Shown here: positions 1-11,875 of the stretch, one piece after another | How positions within the stretch are numbered: position 1 is the first letter of the stretch | Layout: the number at the start of each line of letters is the position of its first letter | Source: Scyliorhinus canicula | Taxonomy: Eukaryota | DNA length: 64,000 nt | Direction: 5' to 3' | NCBI RefSeq assembly: GCF_902713615.1 | Contig: NC_052157.1 | Span: forward strand, 140,779,171-140,843,170 | Program-made: the position numbers and the translations under genes | The notes under the pieces: model-generated | What the model was told of the DNA's origin: nothing | What the model saw: the letters and a program-made list of their open reading frames with translations, nothing else | The model's database searches: none

Positions 1-44
1 CCACCCCCAACCCCTTTATCCTTATAAACTATTGCCCCATCTCA

Positions 45-270
45 AATAAAAGCAAAATACTGCAGATGCTGGAAATCTGAAATACAAACCGGAAATGCTG
101 TAAAAACCCAGCAGGTGTGACAGCATCTGTGGAGAAAGAAACAGTTAACGTTTTGGGTCCAATATTCCTCTTCTCATACGGACTCAAAATGTTAACTCCG
201 TTAATGTTTCTCTCTCTCCACAAATGCTGTCCGACCTGCTGGATTTTCCAGCACTTCCTGCTTTTATGCC
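45..270. repeat. Old palindromic Penelope-derived repeat (related pieces at about 27380-27440, 27980-28087, 28365-28420, 58730-58815)
   Basis: CAGCATCTGTGGAGA..GTTAACGTTTTGGGTCC versus GGACTCAAAATGTTAAC..CTCCACAAATGCTG inverted arms. Confidence 0.55.
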
Positions 271-329
271 CCATATCAAACTTCTCTTTCCTCGCTGAAG
301 GCCTTAAACATGTGGCTCCGCCCAAACTT

Positions 330-1260
330 ATGCCTTTCTTTCTGCCAACTCCATGTTTGTATCTCTCCAATAAGACGTTCACCCCATAACTGCCCTGAAA
401 TAACCCAAAGTCACAAATGACATCCTCTATTATTCAGGTGGATTATCTCTGCTCAGTTCTGCAGCCTCTGACATTGTCAACTACAGCATCTTCCTCCTAT
501 ACCGTTTCCCATCATCCCGCTCAATGGAATTCTTATTGCAGGGTTTAACTATCATTATCCAACTGTTGCCAGAGAAACTCCAAAAATCTTTCAACCTCTG
601 GACCATTCCCTCAAGAGTCCTTCCAGGATTGAATCTCAGGCCCTCCAATTCATCAACATTCTGCCCCTGAAAAACATCATCTGAAAACATGGAGTTAGCT
701 TTTTCACATCTGCTGGTGACATCCAGCTCATCCTCTCCATTATTGCTTCTGTGTTGTCAGACTGATACTCTGATAGTGCCAGATATGCCACAACTTCCTT
801 CAAGCTAAACAAAGGGAAGGCCAAAGCCATCATTATGTGGCCCAGCTACAAATCCTATTCCTGTGCCATTGATTCCACTCTTCTTGCCAGTTTCCATCTC
901 TGTTGAACCAGAGTGTTTGCAACTAGTCATTTTTGACCCAGAGCTGAACTTCGAACCTTGTATTCTGCCAATCAAAAATACAACCAACTTGTACCTTTGA
1001 AATATTGTCTATCTCAGTCCTTGCTTTGGTCCATCTACTGCCAAAACCCTTTGGCCACATCCTAAGCTCAATTGGTCCAAAGCGCTCCTGGCCAGCATCC
1101 CTTTTTCTCTATTTCGACTCAGCCAAAACTCTACTGCCCATAACTTATTCTGACCGAGTCCCACTCGCCCATTACCCCTTTGCTTGCTGGCTGACATTAG
1201 CTCTTGGTTGTTTTAATTGGTAAGTATTCATGTTATAATCATATTGGAAAGAGAATGAGT
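330..1260 (+). repeat. Highly decayed L2/CR1-type LINE RT fragment
   Basis: Remnants resembling S.AFD, GVPQG and ADD.QL motifs. Confidence 0.4.
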
Positions 1261-2207
1261 CATTTGAAGAGCGCAACAGTGCCAGATGTGTTCAGGGGAC
1301 AAGGAGTTGGTATGCAACTAACCCCACGTTGCCTTGAACATTGTGGTAGAGGAAGACCTCAAGACACACAGCTGCTAGTTTATGAAGAAATGCCTGGTGG
1401 AGAATCCGCAACCTCAGTACAAGGAACAAATAGTGAATTGACAGCATTGAACATCGTTATCCTTCACTTAGTTTGGAATAAAGGTTCAAAACTAGCATTA
1501 TACAGAAACCACCCCCAAAATAATCCCTTTGTGGATGAAGTTATTTTGATCACATGTTGAGCCATCAGAATATATGTGTTCATTACAAAGACGGTAATTG
1601 TTATGTATTACATGATCCACATAAGAAACTAAATAAACACACAAGGAAGAAAATAATAGGTTGTGCTGTTGAGTTAGATGAATAAGGATGGAGATAGGCT
1701 CATGTGGAACATAAATGTGAGCATGAGCCCGTGGTGTTCAATGACCTGTTTCTGTGGTGTATATTAGATTCAGGTTTTAAAATCATTATCATCTTCCTTT
1801 ACCCTCCAACGACTCTGCATTCTCCCAACTCCGGCCTTCCTCCACTAAAAAAACCATAGCTCCAGCTGCACTAACTGTTGGAATTCCCGCTTGAAAGTCT
1901 TTCTCCTTTCCACCTCCCACTTGTCCTCGAAGGCTCTCCTTAAATCTAACTTTTAGCCAAAATATTGATTGTTACCTGGTTATACCTCTGTGCACCACAC
2001 CGGATCATTTTTCTATGATAAAGGTGCTGTATATTCTTGCTGAAGCCTCACAGAAACGTTTTGCAGACGTTCAGTTGGTAAGCATTCAGGTCAGGCAAGC
2101 TGGCCATTTTCCAACAACCTAACCTACAGCACTGAACCCAATTGTAAGACTGTAACATTAGTCCAGCTACTCATGTTATAATGCCAATTTATAGCACTCG
2201 ATATAGC

Positions 2208-2757
2208 ATTGCGTACAGTTCTGGTCGCCTCATTATATTGCGTACAGTTCTGGTCGCCTCATTATAGGAAGGACGTGGAAGCTTTGGAACGGGTGCAGAG
2301 GAGATTTACCAGGATGTTGCCTGGCATGGAGGGAAAATCTTATGAGGAAAGGCTGATGGACTTGAGGTTGTTTTCGTTAGAGAGAAGAAGGTTAAGAGGT
2401 GACTTAATAGAGGCATACAAAATGATCAGAGGGTTAGATAGGGTGGACAGCGAGAGCCTTCTCCCACGGATGGAGGTGGCTAGCACGAGGGGACATAGCC
2501 TTAAATTGAGGGGTAATAGATATAGGACAGAGGTCAGAGGTGGGTTTTTTACGCAAAGAGTGGTGAGGCCGTGGAATGTCCTACCTGCAACAGTAGTGAA
2601 CTCGCCAACATTGAGGGCATTTAAAAATTTATTGGATAAGCATATGGATGATAAGGGCATAGTGTAGGTTAGATGGCCTTTAGATTTTTTCCATGTCGGT
2701 GCAACATCGAGGGCCGAAGGGCCTGTACTGCGCTGTATCGTTCTATGTTCTATGTTC
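2208..2757 (+). mobile_element. Young 5'-truncated CR1-clade (HER1-like) LINE 3' end
   Basis: YCVQFWSPHYRKDVEALERVQRRFTRM..LERRRLRGDLI..TRGH..FFTQRVV, (TTCTATG)n tail. Confidence 0.9.
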
Positions 2758-3159
2758 GACTCTTTTTTTGACTTTTTCCTATATTTTTTAGCCTGTCAAC
2801 TAAACTCCTAAAGGTCTACCTTCCGAATGAATCCTTGAAAAGGCATTCTCAACATGGGAGTTTCATGTTTCTAAATGCCATTATTAAGCTGCACGATGCA
2901 TGTGATATGTGCTGCAGATCAGGATCTCATTTAATACATGCATCTAGTGGCAATAACCGGCAAGTAACAATTTCAGGTTAGCTCTGATGTTACATCCTCA
3001 TACTAAGTAAGTATTGCGTGCAATCAACTTCACAATGTTTGTTTTTTCATTCTCTAATTATCCTCATCCAATTTTACCCTCCTTTCCTGGTTGGATGGTA
3101 TTCCGGGGGTTTGATACAGCAGGTGCTTACTATTCTCCAGGAGTTTACAGACATAACCA

Positions 3160-4660
3160 TTCTGTGCGCGAGATCTTCTGACTGTTCATGTCGGCGGGAT
3201 ATTTTGGTCCAGCCAACGGCACAACTCCATCACGGGATTCCTGGCGGCATGGGGGTGATTTGAATGGGACATCCAATTGACAGCAGCAGGACCAGAGGAT
3301 CACGCCACCGGTCAACGACGGGCCACCTCCAGCTGCTGAGAAACATGCTGTGGGGAGGCCAGAGAACTAACAGCCTACCCAGCGAAGCCTGGACTGGGCT
3401 CTATGTAGTATTGGTTCGCACAAACGTGGACAAGGCCTCATGCCACCTGGGGGTTTAGCAGGCCATTGGAGACCCGGGGAGGTTGGAGATGGGGCAGGGT
3501 TACCCCCTGGCCCTCCCTCTGATGGTGCCTGGATGGCACTGCCAGGCTGGCAGGGGCAGTGCCAGGGTGCAACTGCCAAAGGACGAGGCCTGAGGGGGGG
3601 CCATGCCCATGAAAGGGGCAGTGAGGAGGGTATGAAGGTGGGGACTGAAGAGCTGGTATGAAGGGGCCTCATTAAGGTTGGGGGGGTTTTAAGGGTGGGG
3701 GTCCTGAAGGAAGGCCCCAAAAGTGTGGGGGGTGGGTAAGGCTGCAAAGGGGAGCCCTCAGTGACCCCATAGCAGGGTGTCCTGACAGCCTACCCATTGT
3801 GCGTGGGTTGGGGGACCCTGAAGCCCATCTTTTCAAAATGGCGACTCGATCTGTGAGGAGCCGATCTCTCCAGCGAGTTCACCTCCCCAGTGTTGAAAAA
3901 CCTGACCAAAATGACACTTTGGGGCACCACTCCTGGGATCTACCCGGCTCGCAGCGCTTTACGAGATTCAATGATCTTACGAGGCGTTGCAAGGGGAATC
4001 CTGCCCACAATGGGTGGGATCACTTATTAGCAAATCTACATATTAGAGCACGACCTTAAGCCTCACTCTCATGTGCAGATTCCCGAAATACCTGAGGCTT
4101 TAGTATTCAAACCCTTTGCCTCAGAGACCTCGGGCGAACGCTGTTCAGCACTGGTATGGGGACCAGACGGAACGGCATTCATGCGGTTTCCTAGGTGCTC
4201 CGGGGCCCCCAGCTGCATGCCCTTTGGGCAGGGTGACGCCCTGGCACTGCTGGTGTACCTGGTACCCTGGCAATGCCGCTTGGGTGCCAGCCTGGCACTG
4301 CCACAGTGCCCAGGTGACACTGCCAGGTTGGCACTGCCAAGGTGCCAAGCAGGCATTTTGCGTGCGCGATCGGGCTGGGGTTGCCTAGCATGCGTGTTCG
4401 GTGGGTGCAGTGGACCTTCCCATATTGCATTCGGACTGGGGGGGGGATTGATTCGAGAGCCTCGGAGATCGGGACGCCACCGATCTCTCATTACAATGGG
4501 GAGTTTCGGCGAGCAGAGCTCCCCACTGTGCAAAACGAGGCTATGTCTGGCCTCGGCCGCACGTTCCCCATTCAGACCCCTTGTTCAACGCTTGCTAGGG
4601 GACTTTGTTCCTTTTTGGGAGAATCGCGCCCTTAGAAATTTTTTGGGAGAATTGCGCCCG
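3160..4660. repeat. GC-rich cluster of non-autonomous Harbinger-type MITEs
   Basis: Two stacked right TIRs GGGAGAAT(C/T)GCGCCC at about 4617-4631 and 4645-4659; internal TGGCACTGCCA repeats. Confidence 0.6.
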
Positions 4661-5823
4661 CTGACTTTGAACCAGGCAGAGTAGGTTGCGAATCACTTTA
4701 GACACACCAGTAGGAAAAAAGGCACGCAGCTGAAACCCAGCGGAATCTAGTAACCCTGTACATAGTCAACAAAATGCCTTGTGGGTCGCACTCAGAACCC
4801 AGATGTAGCCCATGGGCCACGGGTTGCCCACCACTGATCTAGTGCATACGTATCACAAATGCATGTTCTTCCAAGTGTTATAATGTCAATTCTATTCGTG
4901 AGATACTGAGTACAGCAAAGCTTCAGGGAGAAGAGGCAATTCGGACAGCAACTTCCTGATTTCCACCTTTAAATGCACACGTGCCATCACCGGAAGTTGA
5001 AGTCCAAATTATACTTTATTAGTGACTAACACTGTTAGCTTCACCATTATTTTTTACCTTCATTAAAACAAGGTTATTTCTAATTGAATTGAAATTGCTA
5101 ACATCATTATGATAGCTAACCGATTGCTTATTTACATCAATACAAACCCTAATACTTCAGTGTTTGAGGAGATTATAAAATACCTCTAGTGCAATGAGTT
5201 AAATATTGTTGTATAGTATGTTGACTTGGGATTTCATAAATTTACAAATTGTGTAGATTCCAGACTCTTGAAACCTATTGTCAGGGGCAGAATTCTATGC
5301 ATGTGTGTGTTCTAATTATATTAAATAATATATAAGTACATACAGCCTTAGCTACTCAGTCAAAATCCAAGCCCCTAATTTTATGCGTTATTCCTTTTCA
5401 AGTATATTAGTCATGGTACAATCGCAGTCAAAGAACTATCCATTTTCGCCTGATATTCCTACCTCTGCTATATATTACTGACATCAATAACTAAATGGGA
5501 TAAGTGAAATAGCAGAGAGATTTTCAAACAAATGTTAGCAATCGTTTGTTAGCACCCCCATGGTATAATTTCAATGTCATTCTTTTCAAATAAAATTTTG
5601 TTCAGAGCTTTTTTCCCCATTAACAAACAGTACATTTTTGGCCAAAGGTTATTCACGCATACACCGGACATGCAGATTTTAATCTTTCTGCTCCTACCCC
5701 GCACAGAGTTGGAACAGAAATCCATGGGATCAGTCACAAACAATGAGATGTTGGCGTTCGCTATCTGCTCACTGGACCACGAATCAGACTCGCTCACTTC
5801 TCACTTTCTATTGAATGGTTGAC

Positions 5824-5830
5824 TATAAAT
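5824..5830 (+). promoter_or_regulatory. TATA box of CRYBA1, with nearby SOX-like motifs (AACAATG 5739-5745, ATTGAAT 5810-5816)
   Basis: TATAAAT about 60 nt upstream of a strong donor (G|GTAAGT at 5891/5892). SOX sites are motif matches only. Confidence 0.65.
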
Positions 5831-5850
5831 AGCAGAGGTGAAGCTGAACA

Positions 5851-5891
5851 CAGAATCGCTTTTGGAACCTACCCCATACAGCTCTGCTCTG
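5851..5891 (+). other. CRYBA1: CRYBA1 non-coding exon 1 (start approximate)
   Basis: Lies between the TATA box and the GTAAGT donor at 5892 and contains no ATG. Next acceptor is TTTTTTAG at 6118. Confidence 0.6.
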
Positions 5892-6142
5892 GTAAGTTGG
5901 ATGTTTCTCGTTTTTATTTCATCCCATTTTAACCTCAAATTCTTCTAATTGGTCTCGACCTGTTTTATGTTTATTCCTGCTTTGTAATTCAGTCCGTAGT
6001 ACCAATTTAGCCAGATACAATGTCACATTGCACAGATTTTAATGCATTGAGTATAGATAAATTTCGAAAAGCTGCTGCCTTGTGAAGAGAAATGATGCCA
6101 TTTGATTCTTTTTTTTAGGATCATAACCTCCAAACTATAAAC

Positions 6143-6175
6143 ATGGCACAAACAAACCCAGCAGGAGTTTTCAAG
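6143..6175 (+). CDS. CRYBA1: CRYBA1 exon 2 coding part (exon begins 6119): [11 protein letters not shown]
   Basis: Acceptor at 6117-6118, AACATGG Kozak, donor GTACT at 6176. Confidence 0.9.
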
Positions 6176-9100
6176 GTACTGTCTATTTCTCCAGGATAAT
6201 TAATCAGAATTGAAATCTTAGCTATGATTCACTGCTCTTTTTTTTTTACAAAACTGAATATCACAGAAAGAGTAATAATATTTATCATTGCAGATCACTG
6301 TTTATGATCAAGAAAATTTCCAGGGCAAGAGGATGGAATTTACTGCATCCTGCAAGAATATTATGGATTGTGGTTTTGACAATATTCGATCCTTCAAAGT
6401 TGATTGTGGAGCGTGAGTCGAACAGCCTTTACATATTTTCTTTAAATTAAGCACAGCCCTTACCATTGCTGTCTAACATATTCCAATTAAACCGTGCCAG
6501 GCTTAATTAAAATGCAATTATTGATTTATTTTAAATTCCATTGTCACTTGTAAATCAAAGTAATCATTTCACTGGAATGTATTATTTTACCCTTGTGCAC
6601 ATTCGTACAAATCAGCATTGCTGTTATTTTCTCAAAACACAGCTTGGTTGATTTAGACACTTATAACATAAGAGGGAATTATATCTGTTAGTTGTGCACA
6701 TGTATTATTGATCTAAAGCAAGTATTAATATATTTAGGGTGCAGTTCCACTGTTACTTTTGGTCCAATGCAAAGTAGCTTCCACACGGCAGTGGGACAGA
6801 AAAGTCAGGGGGATTAAAAACCTCGGGTTGGTGTTTCACGCTCATTCTGCAATGGTCAGGTGACAATATAGCTCTAGCTAGTTTGGGATTATAGTTGGAC
6901 AATAGGAATTCCAAAAATCAATTTACTTCCCGTGACTTGTTTTTTGCCGTCTGTATGAAGTACATCAGATTTTCAAACCCCTCTGCATAAACCGCACACA
7001 TCTACTGTAGGTGATATGTGTTGGAGCCTAAAACTGGTTTTCTAATGTCCAAATAAATGTAATCGAGTAAAGTGGCAGTTGACTCTGTTCTCGCAACTCG
7101 CTGAACACACACTTGTCTTGAACTCAGGATAGGATGGCCTAGAATTTCCTACTTGGGTACAACCCAAAAGATAGACACGAAACCGTGTCCCGTGTTGTAC
7201 CCATTTTGCCAACATCAGGTTACCCCCCACTAGAATGCTCCCAATTTCATTAGAGCAGGGGTGGGCAAACTACGGCCCGCGGGCCGCATGTGGCCCGCCA
7301 AAGGTCTTTATGCGGCCCACCAAGATCAAGTCATTAAAAAAAAAATAATTAAAAAAAATTTATTTTTTATTTTTTTATTTTAAGGTTAATATGGGGGGGC
7401 TGTTGGATTACTGGTATAGGGTGGATACGTTGACTTGAGTAGGGTGATCATTGCTCGGCACAACATGTGTTTCACGTGAAGTTTCTACTTTAAAATATTA
7501 ATTAATAAAAATTAATTGCTTTTTTTTTTCTTTAAAAACCTTTTATTTTGGCTATTAAAAATATTAATTATTTTACTTAATATACTATGCGGCCCTTTAA
7601 AATTGTGAATTTCTGAATGTGGCCCTTGTTCGGAAAAGTTTGCCCACCCCTGCGTGTGTTCAAATTTCCATGACTTGGCATAAAACATCAGAAACAATTG
7701 AGACCCAAGGCAATGTTAAACTCACATCAGGGTATTTTAATTTGTTGAACCATTATTCAAGCACATCAAGCTCAGCCTAAAACCTGAATTGAGGAATTTT
7801 TGAAATTATTTATACTTGGTCATAAATATACAACAAAACAGAAAATATGGATCAGGTCTCAGTGAGGATATTTTTTTCTTAAAGTATTCAAGAATTGCAA
7901 TGAAACAAATGACTTTTGTTTCTGCTGTGATTCAAAATGTGGTCCGCCATGCTGGAATCCCCTCCTGCCATCAAACAGGTTACTTGCATTTGAGAGTTGG
8001 GGGCGCAGCCAATTTTGTGGGGCGAAATTTGTACAGATGTAGGATTTGATGGAAAGAAGGAAATTTATGCATATTGTATTTTCTGCAGTATTATTACTGT
8101 CACATTACTGGGCAGGTCTTGATCATTACAACTGTCAGGCTAAATTGGGTAATGTTTTCAGCAGCACAGTCGTTAGCACTGCTGCCTCACAGCGCCAGGG
8201 ACCCAGGTTCAATTCCGACCTCGGGTAACTGTCTGTGCGGAGTTTGCACGTTCTCCCCGGGTCTGCATGGGTGTCTTCCGGGTGCTCCGGTTTCCTCCCA
8301 CAGTCCAAAGATGTGCAGGTTAGGTGAATTGACCATGATAAATTGCCCTTAAGTGTCCAGGCATGTGCAGGTTAGGCTACAAGTTTGGAGGTATAGGACG
8401 GGGTGGTTCGGTGCACTCAATGGGCCGAATGGCCTCCTTCTGCACTGTTGGGATTCTATATAGGGATTCTATAAGGCAGAAGCAGGTGATTCATATTCTG
8501 GATAGCAGGGAGCACTGGCCGTCACACAAGATTCAAGACTGCAAATTCAAGTATTTTTAAGGAATTTTTGGGGAACAAGTTTGTAACCCTGAAGTTATTC
8601 ATCAAGGGAAAACCCCATCAGTTTTGGATAGTTTAAAGGTCTCATTTTACCTATTGCTGCAGAGATAGAAGTTGGACTGCACCTTGCTTATATTTGCTGC
8701 TGTGTTATGTAGGTGCAGTGGCTGTTCTGATATTGCTGATAGATAATAAGTTGGGAGTTAAGTTTCTCTATTTTAAACCAGGACAGAGCGTATCTATTGT
8801 AAAAGCTGATCAAGGGCAGCACGCTGGCACAGTGGGTTAGCCCTGCTGCCTCACGGCGCCAAGGTCCCAGCGTCAATCCCGGCTCTGGGTCGCTGTCCGT
8901 GTGGAGTTTGCAAATTCTCCCCGTGCTTGCGTGGGTTTCGCCCCCCACAACCCAAAAGATGTGCAGGGTAGGTGGATTGTCCACGCTAAATTGCCCCTTA
9001 ATTGGAAAAAATGAATTGGGTACTCCAAATTTAGAAAGAAAAAAAAAAGTAAAACCTGATCTGAGAGCAATTTTCTTCTTGTAGGTGGGCCGGTTATGAA

Positions 9101-11083
9101 CATTCCAGCTTCTTCGGGCAACAATTTATCCTGGAGAAAGGAGAGTACCCTCGCTGGGATGCCTGGAGCGGCAGTAATGCTTACCACACTGAGAGACTCA
9201 TGTCCTTCCGCCCTCTTTGCTCTGCTGTAAGTCAGTTCACCGTTAAATATCTGTCGGGCTTGAAACTAGCTCAGCATATGCTCCACAGTGCAACATATGT
9301 CACCAAATAAGGTCACATTACACAGTACGGCTTCTATGATTAATCTCTTTGAGGCTATTTTTTTAATAAACTGCATTAACATAAATTCATAGACTGGTAA
9401 CAGCACAGAAGTCCGTTCAGCCCATCGTGTCCATGTGGTTCTCTGCAAGAGCATTTCAGCTTGTCTTGCTCCCCAGCCCTGTCCCTGTAGCTCGGCAATA
9501 TTTCTCTCTTCAGGCGCTTATTTCATTCCCTTTTGAAAGCCACAACTGTCAGTGCTCTCCAGAACCTAACCACCCACTGCGTTAAAAAACGTTTCTCCCC
9601 CATATTGGTTCTTTCCCCGATCATCTCAAATCAATCTGGTTCGAGATGCATTCGCAAACATGAATGACATTCTCCCCATATAACTCCATTATAGTGTCCA
9701 AATGGTTAGGTCGGGTTTTGGAGATAGGATGGAGACTGTGGGCTTAGATAGGGTGCTCGTTCCAAGGACTGGTACAGACTCAATGGGCCTAATGGTGTCC
9801 TTCTGCACTGTAAGTTCTATGAATTTCCTCTCAACCTTCTCTCCTCTAATCCCAGCTTCTCCAATCTATCTTTGTGCTTCAGCTGGATGAGGTCGAACCA
9901 GTGCTTTGTAAAGGTCCATCCCACTTCCTTGTTTGTGCACTCTGTGTCTCCCACTTAAAAAGCTGAGAATCCTAAATGCCTCTGTGTCCATCAGCACAAA
10001 GAGATATGGAAAGTGATCAGGGAGCAATGTAGAGTCACAGCATTGTCAATATCTGGACTTGCAACTCAACTCAAAAACTGAAAACTCCTCCTTGTGCTGA
10101 AAAAACATCGATAACAAAAGTCTGTGACAATTATGTTAAAGCTTTACAAAGCACTTCTTGGACCACAAAAGCAAAATTGTATTTGGAGGCAGTCACCGTG
10201 TTCCAAAAAGATATAATTACATTTTAACGGGCAAAGGGACAAGTTTAATCCCAGATTTAAAGTGAAGCAGTACAAGGACAGGTACAGAAGTGTAAGTTTC
10301 ACACTCTTTATAATAAATACAAGATGTTAAATGGTAGAGATATACTCCCATTAATTCTCCAATACAGACTTTGTTTTGTTCACTCACAAATGTATTGCAG
10401 CATCTACAAACATACTCAATTTTTCCTTCAGCACCATAAAGAATCCAAAATCGTAATTTTTGAGAAGGAAAACTTCATTGGAAGACAGTGGGAGATGTGT
10501 GATGACTATCCCTCTTTGCAAGCTATGGGCTGGTGCAACAACGAAGTTGGATCCATGAAGATTCAAGCTGGCGCGTAAGTTGTGCTTTTTCATGTTTAAA
10601 AAACAATGAAGTTGTGTTGTTGCAGTTTAAGGAAGAAAACTTAGCTGGATCCAGCAAAGTCTTGCCCATCTGAGGATGTTGATCAGTTGCCACTCCTAAA
10701 ATAATAGTTTACCCGAGGACTGAAAATAACCTATTTGACCAATTCCAACTAGTTCACAAGTAACCAAAGTGGGATGTCCAAGCTGGGCCACCTATAGTTC
10801 CTGAGACTTTGCAATTCAGTCCTGGAAGGCCTGGCACTTGATCCCATTTACAGCGATATGCCCCGATTCATATTTATGAAACTTAACACGTATTCAAAGT
10901 TAATTTACATAAGGCATGCTCTTTTTCAACCCCAGGTGGGTGTGTTACCAGTACCCAGGATACCGTGGCTTCCAGTACATCATGGAATGTGATCGTCATG
11001 CTGGAGAATACAAGCACTGGAGAGAGTGGGGATCTCATGCTCAGACCTTCCAGATCCAGTCACTCCGCCGCATTCAGGAGTAA
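6143..11083 (+). CDS. CRYBA1: beta-crystallin A1, 5 coding exons: 6143-6175, 6294-6412, 9085-9226, 10432-10574, 10936-11083 (194 aa)
   Basis: Spliced translation [194 protein letters not shown]. All introns are GT-AG and phases are consistent, with one Greek key per exon. Confidence 0.97.
6294..6412 (+). CDS. CRYBA1: CRYBA1 exon 3 (Greek key 1)
   Basis: TTGCAG acceptor, 119 nt, GTGAGT donor. Confidence 0.97.
7256..7652. mobile_element. hAT (Charlie-like) MITE in CRYBA1 intron 3
   Basis: TIR CAGGGGTGGGCAAAC / GTTTGCCCACCCCTG; subterminal GGCCCGC repeats; no TSD seen. Confidence 0.8.
8161..8470 (+). mobile_element. HE1/V-SINE-type tRNA-derived SINE
   Basis: A/B boxes, core GGGTGCTCCGGTTTCCTCCCACAGTCCAAAGATGTGC, CR1-like tail. 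Confidence 0.85.
8814..9049 (+). mobile_element. HE1-type SINE, A-tailed variant
   Basis: Same head and shortened core; A-rich tail; TSD-like GTAAAA(G/C)CTGATC. Confidence 0.85.
9085..9226 (+). CDS. CRYBA1: CRYBA1 exon 4 (Greek key 2)
   Basis: TTGTAG acceptor, 142 nt, GTAAGT donor; [16 protein letters not shown]. Confidence 0.97.
10432..10574 (+). CDS. CRYBA1: CRYBA1 exon 5 (Greek key 3)
   Basis: CTTCAG acceptor, 143 nt, GTAAGT donor; [11 protein letters not shown]. Confidence 0.97.
10936..11083 (+). CDS. CRYBA1: CRYBA1 exon 6 (Greek key 4) to TAA
   Basis: CCCCAG acceptor; [11 protein letters not shown]...[10 protein letters not shown]. Confidence 0.97.
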
Positions 11084-11230
11084 AGCACAACATCAATAGA
11101 GCATCGGAGGGGGGGCCACAGAGGAAATCTATAGGTATAATTGGTACTGCATTCTGTTGTAGAACAACAACTTCTGTACTGTGATCGATTTAACATCTCA
11201 TCACGATTACTTGGTCTATTGAAATATTCA

Positions 11231-11236
11231 AATAAA
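11231..11236 (+). terminator. CRYBA1 polyadenylation signal
   Basis: AATAAA 148 nt after the stop, followed by a T/GT-rich tract. Confidence 0.75.
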
Positions 11237-11582
11237 GTTATAAAAATGTTTCTTTCCCTTTGTCTCAAGTTGCACATGAGCAGACAAGCACAGCAGTCTG
11301 TTGAATTCTGGGAAACCACAGAGAGAGAAATGAGGCTCAGAGCACATCAACCCACGAGTGGGCTGTGTTCATTCTCACAAACACCTGAGTCAGCCTGTAT
11401 TCGATTTATGTTTTGCTTTTCGGTAAGAGTCCAACTAAAAGTTTTATACATCCATCTGCTTCAAAGTAAATCAAAATGGCAGCTTAAACGTTACTATTTT
11501 GTCATCCATTGAACTGAACTCCATGAGAAATGGCATTTCTCAGGTGGGGCTGATTCATGGACTAAATTATCTAAAACAAACA

Positions 11583-11875
11583 CTATAAATACACTCTGCA
11601 CTTAGTGTTTACATAATGAAAATTTGCTCCATCGCACACAACCGGTTGAGCGCTCTTTCTTTTCCACATGGTTAAGGAGTCTAAGTGGCCTGGCCAGTTT
11701 GGTAGTTTAATTCTGCTCAGACAGCAGAACTCTTCAGCGAGTGCCAGCTGGAAACTACGTGATGTTGACTGTCCCCAGTGATTGGCTGACAATGTTTCAC
11801 CCAGCAACTCCCCAACATGAAGGATGATATCTCCTTTGAAATCGCTCAAGCAATCAAGAGAAAACGTTGAAGACT
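11583..11875 (-). CDS. Methyltransferase-like gene, last coding exon to TAG
   Basis: GTTCTGCAG acceptor; phase matches exon 3 (G|AG = Glu); same frame as ORF 11583..11849. Confidence 0.9.

Noticed and set aside
3367-4684. Many overlapping GC-rich ORFs (also 57796-58550 and 59489-60012)
   Set aside because: They lie within TIR-bounded MITEs, are low-complexity, and have no protein motifs.
8161-8230. tRNA-like A/B boxes here and at other SINE heads
   Set aside because: They continue into SINE cores and tails, so they are not standalone tRNA genes.
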